A stretch of 63,393 nt of DNA, the filler included, from Choristocarpus tenellus KU-1152 (taxonomy: Eukaryota > Protista > Phaeophyceae): assembly GCA_964200185.2 (NCBI GenBank). It is 12 parts of 12 records of this genome, joined end to end, with 100 filler letters (N's around TTAATTAATTAA, not from the genome) between each part and the next. Parts side by side here need not be neighbours in the genome. Positions count along the whole stretch, not along the records: positions 51,513 to 55,991 come from CAXNAD020014369.1; positions 56,092 to 59,489 come from CAXNAD020020301.1; positions 59,590 to 63,393 come from CAXNAD020017830.1; 9 more parts are not named here. One strand, 5' to 3'. Below the pieces are notes generated by a model, which was not told the DNA's origin, made no database searches, and saw nothing but the letters and a program-made list of their open reading frames with translations. Below are positions 52,441 through 63,393 of this stretch, piece by piece. How positions within the stretch are numbered: the first letter of the stretch is position 1; each line of letters opens with the position of its first letter. The translations under genes were made by a program, and so were the position numbers.

Positions 52441-53660
52441 ATGTGGTGATGTTTGCAGGGTCTTTTTTCCCTTGAAGGGATTATTCTCAAGAAAGTTCTC
52501 GCGTTGGAGAACATTCTGTAGATTGATCAGAGGTTCATTCAAGGGCTTATCATGGTGCCAACCTGCCCTTTTGGCTACCAGTCCGTCACTGCATTGGTGT
52601 GGACAGTTGATGTCATGAAATCTGGACAGACAGATCCATTCCGTTTGTTTAACGTCCTGAACAAATTTGAATATACTCTGCAGAGGTCATCAGACGTCAG
52701 GAACCGAATAATTTTGAAATTTGAGAGAATTACGCCTGATGTCAGAAGAAGCTTTCAAACCAACCCTTGGTCCGTCCATTTTTCCTTCTCGCTGGTAGAG
52801 ATGCATTCTGTGCAAAATTCAAATTTTTCAAGGATCTATGTACTCGGAAGGTTTCATTATTGTATGTTTATTATCAAGTTGCACATGTACATATATATAT
52901 ATATATATTAATGCCAGGAGGTTTCCCATGCATGCTGTTACCCAGGTTTATGCAGGCACCCTACATATATGATATATATATATATATATTGTATGATTTA
53001 TTCTGCTTTTTTATTTTTAGGATTAGGGTTAGGGTTGGAATAGTTAATACATAAGTATATTAATAGGTCAAGTAATGTATGCATTTATTTATTCATTAGG
53101 ATGTGCCTCTTGATTAGAAACGGATTTGGTCCTCTGTAATAAGTGCAAGAAAATTCTTACAGACCTTGGGAATTTTCCGTTGAACATCGCGAACTATATC
53201 AAAGAACCTTTTTTCTTTCCCTCTCTAACATCAAGTGAATGCGCGTGATGTGATATACGTACACATTTTTTAAACAGGTGAAAGTTTTTTTTTTTGTAGA
53301 ACCTACGACGCTCCTATTTATATTTTTCATATGAAGTAGATGAGATGAAGGTCAGATATATATATATATATTGAACCTTTTGAGATACAAGCTGGCTCTT
53401 TCTTGTCTGAGAGTTTTGGGGGGGAAAGACCCCTCTGCCGCCAGAACCCAAACGAGCTTGAGATGTTCATGTATGCATGCCCTTGGATTGAGTCATAACT
53501 ATGTCGCATAAAGCGGCCTGAATGCACGATGAAAGGGGATAAGTACATCAAATGTACTCAGAAATTCAATCAAAAGTCTGTGTGCGCTCCTTGTGTCTTG
53601 AATTTGTTACCCTTGCTTGAGGGTGGGATGTACTCCACCACAGCGTGTCACCGTACGTAT

Positions 53661-53945
53661 TCCTCATTTGTAGGCCTTATTGTTAGTATTGTTTGTCTGA
53701 TTCCTATCCCTATCCCTAACCCTATGTATGTATGTATGTCTCTTGCTTTCATCTTTCACACCTCATTTGTAGGCCTTACTGTTAGTATTGTTTGTCTAAT
53801 CCTTATCCCTAACCCTAACCCTCTGTATGTATGTCTCTTGCCTTCATCTTTCACACCTCATTTGTAGGCCTTACTATTAGCATATTTTGTCTGATCCCTA
53901 TCCCTATCCCTAACCCTAACCCTATGTATGCGTGTCTCCTTGTTT
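53661..53945. repeat. ~95-100-bp tandem repeat, 3 copies, each containing CCCTA[AT] telomere-like motifs
   Basis: CCTCATTTGTAGGCCTTA...CCCTATCCCTAACCCT...GTCTC starts at ~53662, 53761 and ~53856. Confidence 0.9.
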
Positions 53946-56900
53946 TCAAATTTCAATTGAAGGTATATCCCGTTCTGTCCCATACAGACCTTAGTACAGA
54001 CCTTTGTTCAAAGTGGGATCTGCCCCGTTGCCTGTTACTCCTTGTCTAATCTCTCTTTTAGCACCTCTGTTCATTGTGTGCTGAGAGCAAGTCTTTTCAT
54101 GTCTCTTTTTTTTTTTACCGAGTGGTTGGTGCGGCAAAAAGCATGGAAGGGATGCAATGCCTATCTTTGACAACACACGCCAGTATCTTTTTTCGTTATT
54201 ATTGTTATTATTATTGTTATTCTTTATTCTACTACTATGTTTTATTATTATAATTACTACTATGTTTAAGGTCTTACAACAAAAGTTCTTAACCTCACCT
54301 CAATCGCTGGTATTTTTTTTTTACTCCTAGTGTTGTTTTTTTTTCTTTCTTTTATATGTGTTTGTATATATACATGTATATGTATTTGTGTGTGTGTGTG
54401 TGTGTTTGTACGAATTGATGTGGTAGGGTCGGAGTCAAGCAAAGGTCCCGTCGAAGAAAACGTTTCACAAAGAGTAACATTTTCCACCAATGGAATAGCT
54501 TGGATCAGCTTCGTATTTCAATCCAGCCAATGGTGTGTGATTGAGTCGTGGATAAACCTACCCTTACCCCCTGCCCTCAACCCTATCCCTGTGATTGGTC
54601 CATGCAGCAAGATGTGGCTTTTTCTGTGGTCAAGCGATTACACCGTAGGACAGATGGCAGTTACAAGATTGTTGCCCCAGAGGTGGGTCCATTTGTATGC
54701 CTTATTTTTCCACAGCACTTCTGAGACATGGATGTAGAATATACATTGATGATTATTGGTAGATATATTGGAATAGATGTATGTGTGTGTTAACATGTAT
54801 GTATGTGTGTGTAGTTATTTTATGTGTTTTATATACATGTATGTGTGTGTGTGTTTGTTTACAGGCAATAATGTATTGACAATAGATAGTATTGAATTGT
54901 GTGTATGTATGTGCATGTAATTATGTTTATATGTTTGTGTATGTTTGTGTATGTTTGTGTACAGGTAAGAATGTATTGACAAGTTATATTGTTGTCTGTG
55001 TTTGTGTGTTGTGTGTTTGCTGATGGAGGTTTCCCAAGCAATATATATTGGTCTTGATTGGGACAAAATGGTAGGTACATACATATCAAGAGGCTTACAT
55101 TCACGAAATTTCATTCTCGATTGACAAGGTGTTCATAATACATGCTTGGCGGTATGCAAATATTACCATGAAAGTAGTAGCCACAAATTGTGGTGTTTGA
55201 CATATGATATCAACATGTATGTGTATGTCCGAAATATGAAATTGGGTTTGTAATTTCATAATAATACAAAACTTGGAAAATCGTTCAAACCCATGATCAA
55301 CAGACCGTTCGCAGGAACACGCCTCCAGGTCACGAGAAAAACCTTTGTTAAAAAAAATGAGGTTTCCAACTCATTGGCAGGTGTTTACGCATACCAATGC
55401 GTAGAAATTTGTCGGATGTAAAACACCAAGTACTGTGTACCTATATAGCTCTTTATGGATTTAAAATATATTTGGGTTAGGGTTCTTTATGTTGTGTAAG
55501 GGTCTGTCTACTTGTGTTTTCTAGATGAATCTATTATTAGTATGTATGCGGATGTTTTTATTTTATGGTGGAAAGAAAACAACGCAATAGAGATCACTTG
55601 TGAGCATGGTGAAAACATGGAAGATGATAAGTTAACGTTCTTAGATTTCTCTCTTTTTTGACGGCCTATCATCCCGTGGTGATGTCTATTTACACTGGAA
55701 CAGTATATTTTGAATGAACGTATTTTGTTTTCTTTCAGCTTGTGAGTTGTCAGGAGGGTGGGGGAATTGGCATTGAACAGATTCCTCGAAATCATAGACG
55801 CCTCCCACAGATATATGTAATTGTTTTCTCCCCATATTTGTACAGGGTTGAGGTCTGTTTCTATTTGCAGGCGTATGCCTTTGCCATTGCACAAGAGACC
55901 CTAATCCATCATTGACCCCCCCCCCCCCCCCCCCCCCCTTCCCTTTTGCCCCACCCCCGCACACCTCCTCGGTTCCCGACGTCTTGCCCCTNNNNNNNNN
56001 NNNNNNNNNNNNNNNNNNNNNNNNNNNNNNNNNNNTTAATTAATTAANNNNNNNNNNNNNNNNNNNNNNNNNNNNNNNNNNNNNNNNNNNNATGACGTGA
56101 AGGAAGGGAATTTTTTCAGCCATGGTTTTACCAATACCGCACTGGAAGTCACTAAAGGAGGAGGGGGAGGGGGAGGGGGAGGGAGAGGTAAGGATTTTGA
56201 TGTTGTTATTGTTGGCATGGCTTTTTTACATGTTTTTTTCCTGCGTGTTGGAACAAGCTACTTGGATAGATGACCTAATCTTTAGCTAATAGACCCCGCA
56301 GTACTATGAGTACGAAATTCCCTCACACCTCATCGTTTGTTGTGAAAAGGATGGGTCCTACCTAGAAAATGTGTGTTTGAAGTTGTTCGAAACTCTACTT
56401 TTATCTGGTTTGGGTATTATGATACAGCAAGTTCAATAGAATTTCCTGGGCAGTTTGGACTCTCGCTTGAACATGCCAGGCATATTCTTGCATTTCACGC
56501 CAGTCTTAAATGGGGGTTCCTCAAAATATTGCTGTCATGCAAGCTCAATGGCATCTATCTACAAGCATAGTGGATCCCTTTTTCATACTTGAACTACTAC
56601 AGATCACTTAAAACAACATGTGAAACCTCAAGAGGTCGTATATGTGTGTGTGTGTGTGTGTGTGTGTTTGTGTATGAATACTTGCGGGTCCTTTCTTCAA
56701 ACTTGAACAATTATAGCTTTAGTGCAGACAATTTGCAAGAATCAATCCATTGGCTACATAAAAATACTTATTTTTTCCCAACCATTCCTAATGAGCCCCA
56801 AAATATTGCAACATAGTATTGAATGTATAGTTTGTTGCATTGGATGTCTTCCCTTTTCTTCTTCACCCCACTTTCAATTCTATGTGTTTTCAAATATAAA

Positions 56901-57833
56901 CAAAAGTTCAAAGTTTCGAGGGAAAATCGAGCAGGGGTATCAGCATTCCTCCTGTGGTTTGCACTAGTTTTGAAGTGAAGGTAGTGAGGCACTCCATAGC
57001 GCTCCATAGCACTCCATAGCACGATGCAGAGGACAAGCTCTTCACTTCTAGAGCAACAGCAGGTACTCCCCCAAACTCCAGGAACCCTACAACAAAAATA
57101 TGTGCTTCTTGATATCTACTAGGCCAGAGTAGTGCATGGACTATTAATAACTGTGTTTCAATCAGGCAACAAATGCCGACAATGTCAACGTAATGGTGGG
57201 TACCCTCCCTTGCCATGGCGGAACAACATTGGGAAGCAAGGGAAGTCCCCTCTTAATGAAAGAAATGACACAAGCTCACTCGGTAGAATACCAGGTTGCT
57301 GGATACTGGAATCAACCTCTGGTCTGAATGAGTTCATTATGCTGACTAGTTGGAGCACTATGTTATCCAGTGCCTCATAACACGTTCAGGAGAAACACCA
57401 CAGAAAAGGCCAATACCTCAGACTCAAAGTCATGAGGGCAGGGACAACACACAGAAAGGATGTCTTTCAAAAAACATTTTTGTGCGCATTGTGTCATCCT
57501 ACCTGCAAAAGTTGAATACCAACTGAACCATCGCCGTGCTGAATAGGAAAGTGCTAATCCCGATGGCCTGCGTTGTATTGAGATGGGGGTCAAGGGGAGA
57601 CAGTCGACTGTTGACTTGTGGGGGAAGAGGATTGAGATCGGTACAAAGAATGATCACAATAGAGGAGTTAATGGCTAATGTCGTGCACAAGGTGAGTAAT
57701 GGATATTAAGTCAATTAGGTCGCAGGCATACAGGGACAGAGGCACAGAGGAGTAGAGCCAGGTATAGCTTGATAACTGCAAGAACAGCAATTAGGCTTGG
57801 CCATCTTGCAAGCACACATACTACCATGATGGT

Positions 57834-58090
57834 GAGTAAAAGTATCGTAGAGGGTACAAGTTTTTTCCCTGTTTGTCCGTTTAGGGCTTGGCTTCCCATG
57901 GGGTTTTTTATGACGTTTTCCTACTCAGAAATATTTCGGAATAGGTAAAACGTGTACTTTTTGGTATATTTATCAGGTATATGTCTGGGACAAGGATATG
58001 GACACTTCCTAACAAACACGATAGCCAAAATTACATCAAAATCGCAACTTCGGATTTGACACGGCTCTACCCTCTAAGATAATTTGACTC
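57834..58090 (-). mobile_element. MITE family A, near-complete copy
   Basis: Both TIRs present. Flanks GGT / AGT. Confidence 0.9.
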
Positions 58091-58805
58091 AGTATATATA
58101 CTAGTATCAAGGGTAGTGTACAGGGCAGGAATTGGAACAGGATTCGTACAGTTGCAAGATCTTGGCCATCCACAGGGGTTAAGACAGAGAAAAAAAGCAC
58201 TTTAGGTTGAGGACCTTACACAATCTCACATAACCACTGTCTCCCCTCTACAGCACCAATGCATGGTCCTCCTCATGTGTGCATTCATGTACATAGCATG
58301 CACATTATATGCCTAAGAAGTGCTCGCCACAGGATAGATAATGGCTTCCAGGCCCTCAACTAGCTTCACTCCGCAAGACGGCTGTTACTCCGGGCAGTGA
58401 TCAACTAGATATCTTTCCAGTGTGCACAGCGTTTGACTAATTGGAGTTTGATCAGTGCCACATCCCTGCCATGCTGTTAAACATCCTGAAAATAAAATAT
58501 TCTATATGTTTCGGGGAAAACTATCGCAAAAATGTGTTTGAATGACTGCCCAGGGTCATGGCACTGTTTGCCTCTGCTGTGGCATTCTCAGACATCAGCA
58601 AGCAGCACTTGTGGTACTACTGGCTAACACTGCCAGTGGATGCCCACTTGATCATAGTAGGGTATTGGGATTTGATTGGCTATATCATTCTCGATTCGTC
58701 TGTACTAGTCAAATTATGTGTTGGAAAGGTGTTGAGAACTACTGGCAAAAACGTGTTAGAGAGCGCTATTGATGGGGTGAGTTACTTCTTTGGGAGATCT
58801 GCTTT

Positions 58806-59131
58806 GACCCAAAGTATTTAGGAGGGTGGGAGTTTTGCCCTGTTTGTCCATTTGGGGCTTGACTTCCCACGGGTTTATAATGACATCTTACCCACTCCAA
58901 AATGTTTCGGAGTAGGTAAAATGTATAAGTTGTGAAAAGGAGTGTCCGGAACAAGGATATTGACATCTCCTATCAAACACACGATAGCCAAAACTACATC
59001 GAAATTACAACACTGGATTTTGGTCCCCAAATGGACGCGGCTCTACCCTCTAAGATGCTTTCACTCATATCACAACAACGGATTTTGACCCCCAAACGGA
59101 CGCAGCTCTACCCTCCAAGATACTTTGACTC
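58806..59131 (-). mobile_element. MITE family A variant with GACCC-type terminus and a duplicated end
   Basis: Starts GACCCAAAGTATTTAGGAGGG. TIR ends at 59066 and again at 59131. TTT on both outer flanks. Confidence 0.85.
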
Positions 59132-59427
59132 TTTGTGGGTGGGAGCAGGCAGAAAGTGATCCGAATAATATATCTTCCTTAGACGTCATGTTGCGGAGGA
59201 GGAGAAGCCTAGTGGAAGATGCCACCATGGTGGGGTGTGTAACAACTGCAACTAACTGCTTTTTGGTGAAGAATCAGCTTAACGTTCTATCAAATTGTAA
59301 CTGCCACACGACTGATTTAGTTCGGGTTAGGGTTATGAGTCGTACTCGGATGCAAAAGTCAAGAAAAAGTTGGTATGTCGAGTGATCAGATTAGCTGACA
59401 TCAGCGCTTGTATTTAACACTGCTTAA

Positions 59428-59489
59428 GAGTGAAAGTATCTTACAGGGTACAAGTATTGCCCTGTTTATCCATTTGGGGCTTGGCTTCC
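59428..59489 (-). mobile_element. MITE family A end running into an assembly gap
   Basis: GAGTGAAAGTATCTTACAGGGTAC...GGCTTGGCTTCC followed by Ns. Confidence 0.85.
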
Positions 59490-59600
59490 NNNNNNNNNNN
59501 NNNNNNNNNNNNNNNNNNNNNNNNNNNNNNNNNTTAATTAATTAANNNNNNNNNNNNNNNNNNNNNNNNNNNNNNNNNNNNNNNNNNNNGGGGGGGTGGT

Positions 59601-59643
<43 letters not shown>

Positions 59644-60544
59644 GGGGGGGTGGGCTTAGGCAACCTTGGCAAAGTTGTATCGCTCTGAATGCAGCTTGTT
59701 CCTGAATTTCCTGACTGCGATACGATGTGTCAATGCAACACCTGTTCCATGAGATTGGAGGCGTTTGTGTCGCTGTGAGACATTTGTGTGTCTGACGCAC
59801 CTTGAGTAAAACCTCGAGAGGGAAATAATATTATTATAATAATAAACTGTGTGTATGAAATAATATTATTATTATTAATGATTAATAAGAACAATGTGAC
59901 CTTGTGCTTCTGGATTCAACAACAATAATTATAATAATAAAAATGTCTATATCCCAAACGGTTGGATGACCCGTCCTTGACTCACTAAATGTATAATCTC
60001 GCTATTTTAACATTAGTATGTACATATTTTATTTTAACAGTGTATATTTTATTTCTTTGGTGTTGAGTAAGAACTGTCTGTTACGTACAAGTTTTTTTTT
60101 CTCACGATTGCAATAAAAAAAAAGTAAATTCTCCGAGGAAAGTTTTTTTTTCAACTCTCTGACTCGAAAAAGTAACAAAAAAACACCAAAAAAACAAACA
60201 AACGATCTTCTCTACCAGGTAATAAAAGTCTATAAAGAAGAAAAAAAACTACAACAGGACAATTTTTTTTAATAATTTTAGTGCCCACTATTACTATTAC
60301 TATTATTACTACTACTTGGTGTGCCCATCGGGGATTAAAAAAAACAAAAAACGTCACCCCTTTACATATATATATTTATTTATTTATTTATTGTGGTATC
60401 TGGAACCAGTACCAGTACTGAACCGGGTGGAACCAGAAGATGGGTTAGTACCAGTACTGAAACCGGCAGAGGTTCCAATTTAGCAGTGAACGTAAGTTTA
60501 GTGCTGTAAGTTTCTCTTTTGATATGGGCGATGTGAGATGGAGA

Positions 60545-60883
60545 GAGTGAAAGTATCTCGAGAGGATACTTTGCTTTTACTTACTCTACTGTTTTTTTGT
60601 GTCCTGTTTTTTTTTTTTTAATTCTGAAATATTTCGGAGTTGGTAAATAAAAAAATAAGATGTACATACATACATACATACATACATACGTCATGTTTTG
60701 ATTTTTTTTGGGGGGGTAGGTGTGGCGCACCCGGAAGGAGGGTAAGTAAGAAGGCATAAACACAATGATGATGATGATAATAATAATAATAATAAAATTA
60801 TGTCGAAATCCGAACGTTGGATGTTGGGCCCCCCGACAACAGATGCGGCTCTACTCTCTAATTGATTGGATGCTCTCTGACTC
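60545..60883 (-). mobile_element. MITE family A, old copy degraded by microsatellite expansion
   Basis: GAGTGAAAGTATCTCGAGAGG...GAAATATTTCGGAGT...GCGGCTCTAC...TGACTC with inserted (CATA)n and (AAT)n. Confidence 0.65.
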
Positions 60884-61375
60884 GGAGGGGTGCAAGGGAT
60901 GGGAGTTTGTTTCAGTTGGAGATAATAGAGGGTAGGAGGGTTCAGGTGTGTTTTGTGTTTATGTGTGTGTGTGTGGCTTGTGTATGGTGGTCACTTACCA
61001 ACCTTACTATCGATGTGTGCACTATGGACTTTTGTTAGAAATATTCATATTTTATTATTTTATTTTTATTTTTTGATGTCTTTTTCGTGTTGTAACATAG
61101 TAGTAGTAGTGTTGTACTTCCTTTGCTCTTGTGTTTCGGAAATGATTGTGGTTGAAGCGTTTTTTTTATATATTTTTTTATTTTTTTATTACCTGTATGA
61201 ATTGTTATCGTCTTATAAAAATATATATTTTTGTGTGATTCGTGCTCAGAGAAAGACTGCGCCTGGACCTGTTTTATTATTATTTTTTTTTATTTTTTTT
61301 TTAATTCTGGTTTTGTTTCGTCTGTGTACTGTTTCATACTCAAAGTCACGATGTTTCTGGACCCATTTTATTATT

Positions 61376-61634
61376 GAGCCAAAGTATCTTAGAGGGTAGA
61401 GCCGCGTCCATTTGGGGTTCAAAATCCAATATTGCGAATTTTGTGTAATTTTGGCTATCGTGTTTGTTAGGGAGTGTCAATATCCATATTCTGGACACAC
61501 CATTTCATAACGCATACATTTTACCTACTCCGAAATATTTTGGGAGTAGAAAAATGTCATGAAAAAAAAATGGGAAGCCAAGCCTCAAATGGACAAACAG
61601 GGCAAAACTCGAACCCTCTAGGATACTTTCACTC
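61376..61634 (+). mobile_element. MITE family A, complete copy, TSD ATT
   Basis: Both TIRs present, with ATT on both flanks. Confidence 0.92.
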
Positions 61635-61743
61635 ATTAACAGTATTAATAATGTTAATTACTACTATTATTATTATTATTGTTACTCTTTTGTATATTGT
61701 TTACCTTGTATTAAAAATACTAAAAAAGAAATCACATACATGT

Positions 61744-61776
<33 letters not shown>

Positions 61777-61833
61777 CTATACATACATACATACATATTT
61801 ATTTATTTATTTTGGTTTTTGTATACTCTCTAG

Positions 61834-62001
61834 GCTCTCTTCGGTGAAAAGCTGCAGGTGTTGGAGGGGGAGACCCCAGAGGTGCCCACGACTGTTCTGG
61901 TGGCGGTGCATGATTGTGATCCCGAGGGGGATGTTCAAGCCCTTCAGGTAGGTACATCCCTTCAGGTTAGTCAGCGCTTGTGTAGGAGTATGTTGCTTTG
62001 G

Positions 62002-62046
<45 letters not shown>

Positions 62047-62234
62047 GGGGGATGAACATGTGATCCTTGTGGATGTGTAGTTTTTTTTATGGATTATGTT
62101 CTTGTTTTGTGTGTAGTAATTTGCATGGGGATACTTAGTAATACTTGGTTCGATATATGTGACTTGAGTTTTCTTCGAGAGGCTTGTATGTGTCTGTATG
62201 TATGTCTCTCTCTCTGTCTGTCTGTCTGTATGTA

Positions 62235-62287
<53 letters not shown>

Positions 62288-62778
62288 GTCTGTCTGTCTG
62301 TCTCTCTCTCTGTGTGTGTGCGTGTGTGTGCTTGTGTGTATAGGTTGTCTGTTAAAGGTGAGGGAATCTATGTGTTTGTGTTAGGGTAGACTGGTGGCAT
62401 GTATGGCGTGTGTGTGTGTGTGTGTGTGCCTGTAGAGGATAGTGCATTCGTAGTGTAACTGTAGAAATGTCTTGTATTGTAGACGTGGAACTCACTCATA
62501 CACTCATACCGTAGTGGACGTGAGTTTTGTATTGCATACTCATACCCCCCTACACATGAAATAATGTACATTTGTATGTGTATGGGTGGGGACACACTAT
62601 ATATATTTCTCTCTTGCTGTGCATGCTGTTTGGAAAGATTATTAAAATTATTTATTTTATTTTATTTCACTTCATTTTGTTTTTGCAGGAGGCGGTGATG
62701 GAGGAGATGGAGGCGGTGTGGGAGGAGGTGGAGCAAACGAGGACTGGTGGTGACCTCGAAGACTACTTTGCTATCAAG
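61834..62778 (+). CDS. Two internal exons (61834-61947, 62689-62778) of a divergent RHD3/Sey1-like (atlastin-type) protein
   Basis: Phase-0 AG/GT exons give [38 protein letters not shown]|[30 protein letters not shown], resembling Sey1 'TLLLFVIRD...EDLQKIWDSV...LSDFFDV'. Exon status is well supported; the family call is by eye. Confidence 0.55.
62003..62340. repeat. Intronic microsatellites (GT)n and (CTGT)n
   Basis: Directly visible simple repeats. Confidence 0.95.
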
Positions 62779-63393
62779 GTCGTCTGACGTGCCTGGATTT
62801 TTTTTTCTCTCTCTCTCTCTCTCTTTCTCTCTCTTTTTCTCTCTCTCTCTTTTTCTCTTTCTCTATTAACCACAGATACAAAAAATAATCTCTTCCAAGT
62901 ATCTTTAGCCCGTCCTTCTCAGAGACTGATTAGAAAATTGTTAAGAGTTTCACCAGGCATCTCAGCTCACATGTTTTTTTGTTTATATTATTTTTTTGGG
63001 AGTAGAATTCGGTCAAATCCTGGGCTGGGTTTTCCAATGTATTTCTGAGGCGGTATGTGTCGGATGCCACACTTCACTAGTAAGAAGTAGTGACTTGTAT
63101 GGGGGGGAGGTCCCTCCCTCTCTCACGCTTTTTTCACCTCTTCAAGGTAAGGGAGGGTCAAGGGTTAGGGTTAGGTTCTTTGAAGTGTCTTGCTTGATGC
63201 TGACTACTGTTGTCATTGTCATTGTTGTTTGTTGCATGGCCTTGCTCAGGCGTTGGCGTTACCTCATCCGAAGTATCACTCTTCGGCCTATGTTTCTATG
63301 GCAGAAGGCGTGAAGGAGAACATTCTAGAGGCCGCGGGTGCCCCCGAGACTACCACTCTGGGGTTCAGGGAGAAGGTCACCTCGGTGAGGTGG

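Noticed and set aside
57547-58776. Candidate exons ending in GTGAGT (57547-57691, ~58554-58776)
   Set aside because: Good donors, but no recognisable homology and they cannot be reliably joined. Same for isolated candidates at ~41876-42002 and ~46587-46751 on minus.

Overview
Eukaryotic, intron-rich and transposon-rich DNA. The lineage is probably a flagellate-producing stramenopile such as a brown alga; this is inferred from the axonemal dynein, the TTAGGG motifs and the transposon types. The window is 12 contigs joined by 11 artificial 100-bp spacers (N-run + TTAATTAATTAA + N-run), so adjacency across spacers is not trustworthy. Host gene fragments: the last two exons of an axonemal dynein heavy chain, three exons of an EF-hand protein (one apparent GC-AG intron), two exons of a divergent RHD3/Sey1-like protein, and a four-exon hypothetical gene. 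Most other recognisable sequence is decayed mobile DNA. This includes two Copia LTR retrotransposon relics, RTE-like and CRE-like non-LTR fragments, two plant-type (DD39D-like) mariner relics, a Stowaway-like MITE, about ten copies of a ~260-bp MITE (3-bp TSD, nested up to three deep), an intronless virus-type ankyrin pseudogene and a possible Polinton-type integrase fossil. The best candidates for novelty are the mariner/Stowaway pair outside land plants and an orphan reading frame with a 42-43 aa repeat showing synonymous divergence. No rRNA, tRNA, CRISPR or intact novel multi-gene system could be supported.
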